Positions 17,440-27,052 of a DNA stretch of 64,000 nt are shown one piece after another. The DNA lies in contig JAJFVK010000021.1 in NCBI GenBank assembly GCA_021371795.1, positions 125,467 to 189,466 on the forward strand, read 5' to 3'. Numbering within the stretch: position 1 is the first letter of the stretch; each line of letters opens with the position of its first letter. The notes below the pieces were generated by a model. That model did not search any database. It was not told where the DNA came from and saw nothing but the letters and a program-made list of their open reading frames with translations. Source of the DNA: Planctomycetaceae bacterium. Its GTDB lineage: Bacteria; Planctomycetota; Phycisphaerae; Sedimentisphaerales; UBA12454. The translations under genes and the position numbers were made by a program.

Positions 17440-20133
17440 TTATGAATCGCTTGCGTGGCTGATATATTTGCGTTTCCTTGTGCCTTTGTAAATGCCGAGC
17501 ACAATCGCGATTATCAGAATCACAGCCGGTGCGGCGAGCATATTGAAATTCCGCAGTTTATTGCCAAGCTGTTCTTTACGCTGTACTTTTATTTTCTTGA
17601 TTTCCTGAAGCTCTTTGCGTGCCTCAAGAATTTTCAGTTCAAGGTCTTTCTTCTTTTGCAGAATCGAACTTTCAATCAGTTCTTCCTGGCCTTCTTTGGC
17701 CGAACCGAGCACTGCCCTTAAGTCGTTTTCAAAGCCTTCAATTTTCTTATTGATTTCGTCTTCCTTTTCAGCGGACTGCAAATCGGCCTCGGCTTCGATT
17801 TTGTCAACGACGAGGAACGGTCGCTTGAAATTGCCTCTGGAACGCATCGAAATCAGTTCGCTTGAACCGCTCAAATCGTCTATCGCGTTCATTATCATTG
17901 CGCTGTTGTCGCCGACAATCATCATGCCAAACATTGAACTCCTGTACGCAAGAATATCGCTGATGAAATCGACATCGGCAAAAACCGCTACCGCACAGTT
18001 CGCGTCCGCCTGCGCAAGGCCGGCAATGTGCAGATTCTGCTTGGGGCTATTGGGGTCGTTGGCGTCAGCGGGCTTGTCGGTTTCGATATCAATGCCTTTC
18101 GGGAATGCGCTCTTGAATTTTCCAGTTACAAGATAACCCATCTTCACCGGCTGCGTTCCATCTGTGAATTTCTTCATCAGCGAACCCATATCCGGCGTCA
18201 TAAGCTCAAACTGATTATCGACACGCCAGCTATTACCGCGCGATGTCGTCATAACCAGCGGCGTTCTTTCAATATTCGTTTCCTTCTTTTCTTCGTCAGT
18301 CATTGTCAGCTCATTCAGCACGCCGCTGAACAGGAAATCAACCTGATTCAACTCGGCTGAAATCGCGACGTTCTTATTAAAACATTCCGAAGTCATCTGC
18401 AAATAACCGATAATCTTCTGCGGCGGTTCGCCCTGTCTTAACGAAGCGTCAACAGCAAGTTCCCTGTCGCCGGCGAACGTGTTCTTCGGCATCTCCAGTC
18501 CCCAGCTAACCATCAATCTGTCAAGTGACGATGACGGGTCGTGCTGTGCCTGCATCTGCATCATCTGCTGCTGCGAAGGAGGCACATCGACAACACAATA
18601 CGGGTCAACGCAAACTATCGTTCTGCCGCCTTTAAGCACAAACTGGTCGATTGCGAACTGTGCCGGCTCGGGCAAATCTTTTGGATGAACGACCAGCAGT
18701 AAATCAACGTCCTCAATTTTATTCACATCGGTCGGGATATTCTTCACTTCATACTGCTGTTTGAGCTGTGTAACAATGCCCCACGGCTGGGCGGGAGTTT
18801 GCCCCTGCATCTGCATCATTCGAGCCATATAAGGCGTTACATCGTCGCCGACAACCGGCAGAGAACTCATAACGCCGACAGTTTTTTTCTGGCGGGTAAT
18901 GGCCGTATCAATCAAATAACTTATATCATACTCAACGAAATTCTGCCTGTTGGGCGAGAATACCGGAATAGATTTTTCAACGCCGAACTGCGTCTGGACG
19001 ACAAGACCGAAGAAGAAATTTTCCTCTTCTGTGATTGGGAATTTTTTCAGGCCGTAGCGAATCGCCGAGACTTCGTCATCCGAATACGGACGCGGGTCGA
19101 TAAGCTCCAGCTTTACCATTCCTTTGCCGGCCGCTTCGTATTCCATCAATAGCGATTTTACAAATTCATAATAATTATTGAAATAGCGAATCTGGTCGGG
19201 GCCTTTCATCGCGGCTGTCCTGGCGTAATAAAGCTTCATCGTTATCGGCTGATTCAGCTTACCCAGAATCGCTTTCGTACCGTTCGACAAACTGTAAATC
19301 TTCTGCTGTGTAACGTCGGCTTTCAGATGCTTACCGACATTCTGGCAAATGCCTATGAAACTGAAACTAATAACCAGCACAAACACAACCGCGACATATC
19401 GTCTGACGGTTTTATTTTCGTCAAGGGCAACAATACACGAGGCGACCCAGCCGGCAATAAGAATCACAAAATACGCGATATCCTTGAATTGCAGCACGCC
19501 CATCTGTATCGAATCGAAATGCTCCTGAAAACTCATTTTGCTTATCGCGGTTACCGCGCCGGCAGGCAGGAATGTCGAAAGATAATTCATCGTCGTCGGC
19601 ATTCCCACGAATACTAAAATACTGCACGCCACAACGGAAAGCACAAAACTAATGACCTGATTATTGCTGATAGCCGAGAAGAAGCAGCCGACAGCCAAAA
19701 ATCCACCGGCCATCAAAATCGCTGCCAAATATCCGACGATAATCAAACCAATGTCCGGCTCGCCAAGATAGCATACCGTAATAATCATCGGGAACGTCAG
19801 TAAAATAGCAGCAATCAGAAATGCCCAGGCGGCAATAAACTTGCCGAGTGCGGCCTGACGAATCGTTATCGGCAGCGTAAAGAGCAACTCGATTGAGCCG
19901 GTCTTTTTCTCTTCAGCCCAAAGACGCATCGCAGCGGCGGGCACGAGAAACACAAACAAAAGCGGAAGATTCATAAAGAACGCCGACATATCCGCCTGAC
20001 GTGCCTCGAAGAATCCGCCCTTAAATGTCAGATAAGCCGAGAAGAACAGGAACACTACCAGAAATACGTACGCCAATGGCGTCGCAAAATACGATTTGAA
20101 TTCCCTTTTAAATACTGCCCAAAAACCATTCAT
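17440..20133 (-). CDS. Fused ABC-2 family permease (GldF-like) and GldG-like auxiliary domain
   Basis: 897 aa. The N-terminal ~240 aa form a polytopic ABC-2 permease. This is followed by a large soluble GldG-type domain and a C-terminal TM helix. Confidence 0.65.
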   Translation of the reverse strand: MNGFWAVFKREFKSYFATPLAYVFLVVFLFFSAYLTFKGGFFEARQADMSAFFMNLPLLFVFLVPAAAMRLWAEEKKTGSIELLFTLPITIRQAALGKFIAAWAFLIAAILLTFPMIITVCYLGEPDIGLIIVGYLAAILMAGGFLAVGCFFSAISNNQVISFVLSVVACSILVFVGMPTTMNYLSTFLPAGAVTAISKMSFQEHFDSIQMGVLQFKDIAYFVILIAGWVASCIVALDENKTVRRYVAVVFVLVISFSFIGICQNVGKHLKADVTQQKIYSLSNGTKAILGKLNQPITMKLYYARTAAMKGPDQIRYFNNYYEFVKSLLMEYEAAGKGMVKLELIDPRPYSDDEVSAIRYGLKKFPITEEENFFFGLVVQTQFGVEKSIPVFSPNRQNFVEYDISYLIDTAITRQKKTVGVMSSLPVVGDDVTPYMARMMQMQGQTPAQPWGIVTQLKQQYEVKNIPTDVNKIEDVDLLLVVHPKDLPEPAQFAIDQFVLKGGRTIVCVDPYCVVDVPPSQQQMMQMQAQHDPSSSLDRLMVSWGLEMPKNTFAGDRELAVDASLRQGEPPQKIIGYLQMTSECFNKNVAISAELNQVDFLFSGVLNELTMTDEEKKETNIERTPLVMTTSRGNSWRVDNQFELMTPDMGSLMKKFTDGTQPVKMGYLVTGKFKSAFPKGIDIETDKPADANDPNSPKQNLHIAGLAQADANCAVAVFADVDFISDILAYRSSMFGMMIVGDNSAMIMNAIDDLSGSSELISMRSRGNFKRPFLVVDKIEAEADLQSAEKEDEINKKIEGFENDLRAVLGSAKEGQEELIESSILQKKKDLELKILEARKELQEIKKIKVQRKEQLGNKLRNFNMLAAPAVILIIAIVLGIYKGTRKRKYISHASDS

Positions 20134-20147
20134 AATTCTTTCCTTTT

Positions 20148-20226
20148 AATCACTGATTTCGCAGATTTCACGGATTATAAATACTATTTTATTTTTCCGT
20201 GTAATCAGTGTAATCTGCGATTTTGT
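20148..20226. repeat. REP-like palindromic intergenic element, copy 1
   Basis: aatcactga..cgcagatt..attat..ccgtgtaatcag..gcgatt. The arms are internally inverted. A second copy lies at 51908-51978. Confidence 0.5.
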
Positions 20227-20236
20227 TTTATTTTCG

Positions 20237-20950
20237 TTAAGCTACTTTCGTAATCTTTCTAAAGACTTCGTCCAGCGTGCCGTGATACTCTTCTTTCAAT
20301 TTCGCCGGCGTGGAGTCTGCGAGAATTTTTCCTTTGGCGATGATAATCGCCCTGTCGCAAACGGCTTCGACTTCTTCAAGAATGTGCGTTGAAACAACGA
20401 TACATTTTTCTTTTGCCATATTCGCGATAAGTTGACGAACCTCGTGCTTCTGGTTGGGGTCAAGGCCGTCTGTCGGTTCGTCCATAATCAAAACCGGCGG
20501 ATTGTGAATAAGAGCCTGCGCAAGGCCGACTCTGCGTTTGTACCCTTTTGAGAGTGTTTCGATTGTCTGATGATATACCGATTCGATATGACACATCGCG
20601 ACGGTTTTGTCCAGCGCCTCTTTGCGAGCCTTGCCGCACAGACCGCGAGCATCACAAATGAAATTCAAAAACGCGCCGACCGCCATATCGCTGTAAGCCG
20701 GGACGTTTTCAGCCAGATACCCGATATTATTCCGCACCGAGATTGGATTTTTGATGATGTCAAAGCCGCAAACCTCGGCAGTTCCGCCATCCGGCGGTAA
20801 AAAGCAGGACAACATTCTCATTACCGTGCTTTTTCCCGCGCCGTTGGGTCCCAGGAAGCCCAGCACCTGCCCTTTGGCGACATCAAATGATACTCCGTCA
20901 ACTGCGATAATTGGCCCGAAAGTCTTACGCAAATCCTTAATCTTTATCAT
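20237..20950 (-). CDS. ABC transporter ATP-binding protein (GldA-like)
   Basis: 237 aa. Walker A GPNGAGKST, signature LSKGYKRR, Walker B LIMDEPT. Confidence 0.85.
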   Translation of the reverse strand: MIKIKDLRKTFGPIIAVDGVSFDVAKGQVLGFLGPNGAGKSTVMRMLSCFLPPDGGTAEVCGFDIIKNPISVRNNIGYLAENVPAYSDMAVGAFLNFICDARGLCGKARKEALDKTVAMCHIESVYHQTIETLSKGYKRRVGLAQALIHNPPVLIMDEPTDGLDPNQKHEVRQLIANMAKEKCIVVSTHILEEVEAVCDRAIIIAKGKILADSTPAKLKEEYHGTLDEVFRKITKVA

Positions 20951-21099
20951 TTTATATCCCTGTTATAAAAATTAAATTTAGACATTCCAAGAGATTATAT
21001 AAAGCAAAATCTTATCGTCAAGTACGATAATATTTCATTTTTGGTTCGCAACATAATAAAATTTTGATATGATTCGGGCTCACTTTGAAAGGATTTGTT

Positions 21100-21627
21100 A
21101 TGAAACGCAATGTTTTGAATACCATTATATTAGTTAGTATCAGTTGTTTGCTTGCCGGCGGGTGCGGCTCAAGCGTTACGAAAATGACAGCCAATAGTCT
21201 GACTTTGGAAAATAAACACCCATATTCGGTCAAAATCGAAACCACAGGCTGGGAAAAAATCGGCAAACTTCAGACCTCCGGCCTGACCAATGAGCGGTAC
21301 ACTCAAACATTAATCAAATCAATCCAAAGCACCGGCTTGTTTAAAGAGGCAATCGAAACCGGCAATGCCGATTACAACTTGAAAGTTACCGTCATAAAAC
21401 ACATCCTGCCGGGACATATCGGCGATTTCGATTTGACAATGACAACTCAATGGCAGCTTATCGACACTGACGGCAAAGTCGTCTGCAACGAAATTATCGA
21501 CTCGGTTTATACAAGCAAACTGACCGATGAACTTGTTACTTTCGACAGACTGCAAAAAGCCAATGAAAACCTTGTGAAAATCAACATTGAACAAGGCATT
21601 CAAAAGCTGGCACAGTTGAAATTTTAA
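21100..21627 (+). CDS. Hypothetical lipoprotein
   Basis: Signal peptide with a lipobox-like LLAGGC. The start could be 21085 or 21100. Confidence 0.45.
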   Translation: MKRNVLNTIILVSISCLLAGGCGSSVTKMTANSLTLENKHPYSVKIETTGWEKIGKLQTSGLTNERYTQTLIKSIQSTGLFKEAIETGNADYNLKVTVIKHILPGHIGDFDLTMTTQWQLIDTDGKVVCNEIIDSVYTSKLTDELVTFDRLQKANENLVKINIEQGIQKLAQLKF

Positions 21628-23243
21628 TTGCGTCTAACATAAACTTCGTAAATATAACCAAGCTGTTTGCTTTCGCCGGCAGCAAGTTCTATCATCCACG
21701 TTAAATTCCTGACAGGATTCATTCTGTTCAGACCGCGGGCGAGACTTTCGACGCTTGCATTCGGCTCTGATGATTTTACATCGCCGGAAAGGGTTTTGCA
21801 TATTTCTACTGTAATGGCCTTGTCCTGATGATTGGCTATCGAGAGTTTACCGGTAATTGTAACCAAATCATAGTGATAACCATATAACTGCGAGGCATCC
21901 TGCTTTCGGTCTGTTTCAAGCTCGATTTGCTCTGCCTTTACATTCGCTGCCTGTGTGATTTTTAACGTCGTATTGGTCATCGACGGAGTGTAATTCAAAA
22001 TATCCTGACCAACTATGAAGCCATCCTTTGTTATTTCCGCAGAGGCGGTCGTCCAGGGAATCTGTGTGGAATTTTCCAATCGCAAACAATGCCAAACCGT
22101 CTCTACCGGCTCTTGCTGCTGCTGTTGACGATTGTTGTAATAGTATTGTTCATCGGCATTGACATAATCCGGTATTTTCCATTCGTAGATATGTGTATAA
22201 TCCACAGATTCTGTAAACAGCGGCAAATACGCGACCTGACCTTTTGCAATCGTAACATTCTCACGCGGATATAAAAATAAATCTTCCGCAGTCGCACCTT
22301 CCTGCATTGAGCCATAATCAACAGGCTGGGCTAAATCTGACATTTCATATTTCGCCATATTTTGCATTTTAAAATTACCGGCCGAAATTCCTCGCATAGC
22401 TTTTGATTCGTTTTCACTTTGAGCCAGTGCCTGCATGAATTGCAGAAGGCTTTCTTTCTTCGCGATTGGGCTGATGATATCGGCGAACTTCAAATTCGGA
22501 TAGCCGGTAACAAGCTGGACTGTAACGTTATTCAAATCGCAAATTTCATTTACTATCATCGCCTTGGCCGAGACAGATGCTTTGTCGGTATCGGTAATAT
22601 CAATAATATAGCTCGGCGTCCACGTTATGCCTTTGGCAAGATAACTCATGGTTAATTGTTCGCCGGGGCAGTTCTGTGCCATTGTAAATTCAAGCTGAAC
22701 GGATTTTTCTTTTCTGCCGAAATCTCTTTTTATATCGCTGCCGGTAAATTTAACCTGTTTTACCTCTGCGGGATTCAAAGCCACTTCGCCGGTTTCAGTC
22801 TGAACAATCATTAAACTTGCCTGCTGGACAGGACAAGCATTAGGCAGCGGCTGCGGGTCCCTGTTCTCGGCGAAATATTTTATTACGCCATTTATCGGCG
22901 CATCGTCTTTGCCATCCATAAACAGTAAAACTTCCTGCCCGATGTTGGCCTGCAATAATTCGGCAATATTTATCGCCTGCGTTGATTTTTCAGATGTAAC
23001 TTCTTTGGATATTATACCTTCAAGCTTTGCGGTGTCCGGATAAGAGACCCAAAACGTTCCGAGAGATGGTGCAGGCTGTTGGGCAACGGTGAAAACTTTT
23101 TGCTCCGGACATTCAAGCTGCGAGATGAAGAACCCCAAACCGTTTTTGAAGAGAGCCACCTGCTGCACTTTACTTTCGACCGCCGCTTGTGATAATCCCA
23201 CAACAAACAAAATAAATACAACTGCCAATTTAATACATTTCAT
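21624..23243 (-). CDS. Hypothetical secreted protein (about 540 aa)
   Basis: Start chosen at MKCIKLAVVF..., with SD GGAAGGAG 7 nt upstream. The ORF track extends to 23285. Cleavable signal peptide. No motif recognised. Confidence 0.5.
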   Translation of the reverse strand: MKCIKLAVVFILFVVGLSQAAVESKVQQVALFKNGLGFFISQLECPEQKVFTVAQQPAPSLGTFWVSYPDTAKLEGIISKEVTSEKSTQAINIAELLQANIGQEVLLFMDGKDDAPINGVIKYFAENRDPQPLPNACPVQQASLMIVQTETGEVALNPAEVKQVKFTGSDIKRDFGRKEKSVQLEFTMAQNCPGEQLTMSYLAKGITWTPSYIIDITDTDKASVSAKAMIVNEICDLNNVTVQLVTGYPNLKFADIISPIAKKESLLQFMQALAQSENESKAMRGISAGNFKMQNMAKYEMSDLAQPVDYGSMQEGATAEDLFLYPRENVTIAKGQVAYLPLFTESVDYTHIYEWKIPDYVNADEQYYYNNRQQQQQEPVETVWHCLRLENSTQIPWTTASAEITKDGFIVGQDILNYTPSMTNTTLKITQAANVKAEQIELETDRKQDASQLYGYHYDLVTITGKLSIANHQDKAITVEICKTLSGDVKSSEPNASVESLARGLNRMNPVRNLTWMIELAAGESKQLGYIYEVYVRRN

Positions 23244-23331
23244 AATATGCTCCTTCCGCATTTTAATAAATTTAAACCCTGCCATAGTCCTTTACAGGAT
23301 TAAAATGATGGCAGGGCTAAACAGTTATGTT

Positions 23332-25320
23332 CTAATCTTCAGAATCATTTTCGTTTTCAGAATCATTAGTTTGCTTTTGACTTTGCATAAGTCTATCCGC
23401 TTTTTTGATTAAATCAACAAGCTCCGACACATTTTCATCATCTTGCCTTTCGCTGCGGACTTGTTTTGCAAGTTCGAGCGTATCGGAAAGTTTCGCGTCT
23501 CTTGCCCAATAGCTGTTTCGCAGGATTTCAGCGAATTGTGCCGAGGCGGCGGCAAGTTTAAAATTCGCAGAGGCTGATTCGATATCACCTTCTATTTTGT
23601 CGGTTGTTATCGCTTTCTTAAATTCCTCAACCTCATCGGTATCAACATTTTTATAGCGGACGAACACATTGGCAATTCTGCCGGTTTTGTCCGGCCAGAG
23701 TTTCAACTCATAAAGAGCGGTAACATTCTGCGCAGCGCCGACTTCGCCGCCGTCCTGTTTGTTATCGCGGAATTTTTCGTCCGGCACATCACGATTTTCA
23801 TAGCCAATCAAACGATAACTACGCACGACTTCGGGATTGAAATCGACTTGAATTTTCGCATCCATCGCGACAATTTGCAGCGTGCTTGTCAAATCGGCAT
23901 CGAAGATTCTTTTGGCTTCTTCGAACGTATCGACGTAGGCGTAATGGCCGTCGCCTTTGTCGCCGAGCTGCTCCATCAGCACGTCATTGTAATTTCCCAT
24001 CCCAAAGCCAATCACTGAAAGCGTAATGCCTTTGCGTGATTCTTCCTTTATCATTTTCAGGATTTCATCGGGGCCGGTGTTGCCGACATTCGCGACGCCG
24101 TCAGAACAAAGGATTACACGATTGATATGCCCCTGCTTGTATGCTTTTCTCGCCATTTCATAGCCGATGCGGATTCCTTCCTCGGCGTTTGTCGAGCCGT
24201 TTGGATGCAGCGAATCAATGGCGGAGATAATTTCGTCTTTTTCGTCAAGGCCGGTGTGGCTTAGGATTTTTTCGCCTCGTGAGCCATAAACCGCGATGCC
24301 GATTTTGTCGTCATCATTTAGATTATTGACAAGCATACGCAGCGATCTTTTTACCAATTCGAGACGGTCTTCTCTGCCCATTGAGCCGGAGACATCAATC
24401 ACAAATGTCAGTATCGCGGGCTTTCGGTCTTCTGGTGCGATTTTTTTCGCAATAAGGCCGACACTCATCAGGTAACTATTCTTTCGCTCCTGACCAAAAG
24501 ACCAGGGTGCGATTTCGGTATATAGCGCGAAGGTTTCTTTTCGCGGCGGTTTATAATCATACTTGAAATTATTCGCAAATTCCTCAACGCGCACGGCATC
24601 GTTCGGCGGTAATGTTCCATTATTCAAATACGACCTGCACAAAGTATAGCTTGCGTTATCGACATCCATTCCGAATGTTGACAGGTGGTCGTCCTCGGTA
24701 TCGACGAATGGATTTACGCCATAGTTCTTGAAGAACATAGCGTCAACTTTTTCGCCATTGGGCGGCATTGTTCCGCCATGAGCAGGAGAATAAGCGCTTT
24801 GCACTTCATCATAATACAACCTACCGGCTAAGCCAGCAGGTTTTTCATTTAGAGCAACGCCCATTCGCCTATCTTTGCTGACAGATAAATCAGCGTCAGA
24901 TCTGCCTCTCATAACGTAGGCAAGCTTTTCCTCTTTCGCCTTCATTTCACTCGCAATTTGCGGCGGTTTGCCGGCAATATTTTCTTTTTCAACTTTTGTA
25001 ATTTGCGGTTGGCCTGGATGTGCAATTTGTTTAGAATTTTCATATTGATAAACTTTTTTACTATACTGCATCTTACTCAAACTCGGTCTCATAACTGCCG
25101 CTGCAATAATCGCGACGAATGCGAAGACGGCGGCGATTTTTAAAATTCGTTTGTATAAAGGTTTCATTTTATTAACTCCCGTACTCTGCGGCCGGGAAAG
25201 CTGCGTCAGTGCATCATTAGTCAGATTATCAATGAAGTTTTCTGACGGCGAATTAGTATCGTTTGTCAGCTTTATCAGCCGAGAGATATTTTTTTCAAAT
25301 TGTTCATTTTTCTTTTTCAT
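23332..25320 (-). CDS. Anti-sigma factor with a von Willebrand factor A domain (YfbK-like; vWA plus a DUF3520-like C-terminus)
   Basis: 662 aa. One TM helix near residue 60. The vWA MIDAS motif is VIDVSGSM. The start overlaps the stop of the upstream ECF sigma gene (ATGA). Confidence 0.65.
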   Translation of the reverse strand: MKKKNEQFEKNISRLIKLTNDTNSPSENFIDNLTNDALTQLSRPQSTGVNKMKPLYKRILKIAAVFAFVAIIAAAVMRPSLSKMQYSKKVYQYENSKQIAHPGQPQITKVEKENIAGKPPQIASEMKAKEEKLAYVMRGRSDADLSVSKDRRMGVALNEKPAGLAGRLYYDEVQSAYSPAHGGTMPPNGEKVDAMFFKNYGVNPFVDTEDDHLSTFGMDVDNASYTLCRSYLNNGTLPPNDAVRVEEFANNFKYDYKPPRKETFALYTEIAPWSFGQERKNSYLMSVGLIAKKIAPEDRKPAILTFVIDVSGSMGREDRLELVKRSLRMLVNNLNDDDKIGIAVYGSRGEKILSHTGLDEKDEIISAIDSLHPNGSTNAEEGIRIGYEMARKAYKQGHINRVILCSDGVANVGNTGPDEILKMIKEESRKGITLSVIGFGMGNYNDVLMEQLGDKGDGHYAYVDTFEEAKRIFDADLTSTLQIVAMDAKIQVDFNPEVVRSYRLIGYENRDVPDEKFRDNKQDGGEVGAAQNVTALYELKLWPDKTGRIANVFVRYKNVDTDEVEEFKKAITTDKIEGDIESASANFKLAAASAQFAEILRNSYWARDAKLSDTLELAKQVRSERQDDENVSELVDLIKKADRLMQSQKQTNDSENENDSED

Positions 25321-25913
25321 TTGCTTTGCTCCTCAATATGAGGATTCAACTTTATTAATTTATCACGCAGCGCATTTCGTGCGCGGTATAGTAAGCTGTG
25401 CACAGCCTTTTCGGTTAATTTAAGTTTCCCGGCGATTTTACCTGCGGAAAGGTCGTCAAGATATTTGGCCTTGAGAACATCCCGCGATTTTTCGTCGAGA
25501 CTGTTTAGTGCCTGCCGAACAGTGTCGGCAGTTTGCGATTTTTCGAGGACCTCGTCTGGAAGCGGCTGCCTGTCGATAATTTCGAGCCAACCGGTCAAAT
25601 CCTCATCAATGGTTTTTCTGGCCGCCCTGCTTCTGGCTTCATACGCAAGATTATTTCGCGCAATCGCAAGCAGCCAGGTATAAGGCGAACCTTTTTGCGA
25701 ATCATAAGTTTTCGCGGATTTGACGGCGTCGAAAATTGTCTTTTGAGTTAACTCTTCGGCAAGTGAAGGATTCGGCCATCGCGATACGAACATTCGATAA
25801 ATCAGCGGTATGGCCTGCTTGAGCAGCAGCCGCCATGCGTCAGAATCGCCCTGACTTATCTTCGAGAAGTCTGTTTGTTCCATCGTGTCCGACACCAACC
25901 TGCAATCTTTCAA
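25317..25913 (-). CDS. RNA polymerase ECF sigma factor (sigma-70 regions 2 and 4)
   Basis: 198 aa. Region 2 (WRLLLKQ..PLIYRMFV) and region 4.2 HTH (LSAGKIAGKLKLTEKAVHSLLYRAR). Confidence 0.8.
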   Translation of the reverse strand: MKDCRLVSDTMEQTDFSKISQGDSDAWRLLLKQAIPLIYRMFVSRWPNPSLAEELTQKTIFDAVKSAKTYDSQKGSPYTWLLAIARNNLAYEARSRAARKTIDEDLTGWLEIIDRQPLPDEVLEKSQTADTVRQALNSLDEKSRDVLKAKYLDDLSAGKIAGKLKLTEKAVHSLLYRARNALRDKLIKLNPHIEEQSK

Positions 25914-25997
25914 TTAACCGCTTCTGTTATTATTATGCGCAAAGACGGCAAATTACTCACGAAATTTTCCCGATGCGAAAATCTATTTTATAAGGCT

Positions 25998-26987
25998 ATG
26001 CTTGACAAAGAGTTATCGGCGGATAAAATATCACGAATGGCAGAACACCAAGAACGAAAACGAAAAAAACGCAAGAAAACAGTACTCGAGCACTGGCTTC
26101 TATATGTATTGCTGCGCATCGGGCTTTTCTTCGTATTTCTGTTTCCGGTCGAAAGCTGTTTGAAAACGGCACGGTCGCTGGGTAGATTATTGTGGAAACA
26201 TTACGGCCGCGGCAGACAACGCGCTCTTGATAATCTGCACGCCGCTTTTCCCGACAAAGACGAAAAATGGATTGAACAGACCGGCATACGCAGTTTCGAA
26301 TCTCTGCTGATGATGTTTGTCGATGTGCTTTTCTCGACTCGGCTGATTCGCAAGGATAACTGGGAAGATTATTCACGGTACATCAACTGTGAACGACCGA
26401 AATGGATGATGCAGGGCAAACAGCCGATGCTGCTGGTTACGCCTCATTACGGCAATTTCGAGATTATCGGGTATCTGCTCGGCGAATTCGGCTTCGACAT
26501 TTACAGTATCGCCCGGCCGTTAGACAATAAATTTATTAATAAGTTTCTCTACGATGTTCGGCAGCGCAAAGGTCAGAAAATCATCGACAAAAAAGGCGCA
26601 TCCGAACACATGGATGAAATTATCAAAAAAGGCTCAACGCTGTGCTTTGTCGCGGACCAGGACGCAGGCAAGAAAGGCACTTTCGTCGATTTCTTCGGCA
26701 GGAAGGCAAGCTCGTACAAGAGCATCGGACTTTTGGCGATTCAATATAATCTGCCGATTGCCGCCGGCGTAGGACGAAGAGTCGGCGACAGATTCTTTTT
26801 TGAAATAGAAGTCAAACGAATGATAACGCCCGATGAATGGCAAGGCAAAGACGACCCGCTGCTTTGGGTTACACAGGAATACACAAAGGCGTTTGAGGAC
26901 TGCATCAGGCACGACCCGACGCAATACTGGTGGATTCACCGCAGATGGAAGACAAGACCAAAAAATGAACGAATTCTTAATTCTTAA
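25998..26987 (+). CDS. Lipid A biosynthesis lauroyl/myristoyl acyltransferase family (LpxL/HtrB-like)
   Basis: N-terminal TM helix, HxxxxD-type acyltransferase region (TPHYGNFE), and a basic KRKKRKK N-terminal tail. Start is uncertain: 25875 (overlaps the sigma gene), 25998 or 26037. Confidence 0.6.
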   Translation: MLDKELSADKISRMAEHQERKRKKRKKTVLEHWLLYVLLRIGLFFVFLFPVESCLKTARSLGRLLWKHYGRGRQRALDNLHAAFPDKDEKWIEQTGIRSFESLLMMFVDVLFSTRLIRKDNWEDYSRYINCERPKWMMQGKQPMLLVTPHYGNFEIIGYLLGEFGFDIYSIARPLDNKFINKFLYDVRQRKGQKIIDKKGASEHMDEIIKKGSTLCFVADQDAGKKGTFVDFFGRKASSYKSIGLLAIQYNLPIAAGVGRRVGDRFFFEIEVKRMITPDEWQGKDDPLLWVTQEYTKAFEDCIRHDPTQYWWIHRRWKTRPKNERILNS

Positions 26988-27052
26988 TTTTGAATTTAAA
27001 AAAGCGTAATTCGCGGTTATAATACATTGCGATAAACTTTACGGAGAATAAT

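Noticed and set aside
25875-25997. Extended N-terminus of the LpxL-like gene starting at 25875
   Set aside because: That start would overlap the 5' end of the divergently oriented ECF sigma gene by ~40 nt and adds no recognisable residues. An internal Met (25998 or 26037) is more plausible.
26988-27010. ARG box (ArgR operator) upstream of argH in tttgaatttaaaaaagc
   Set aside because: The TGAAT half-site is present, but the symmetric ATTCA half is absent.
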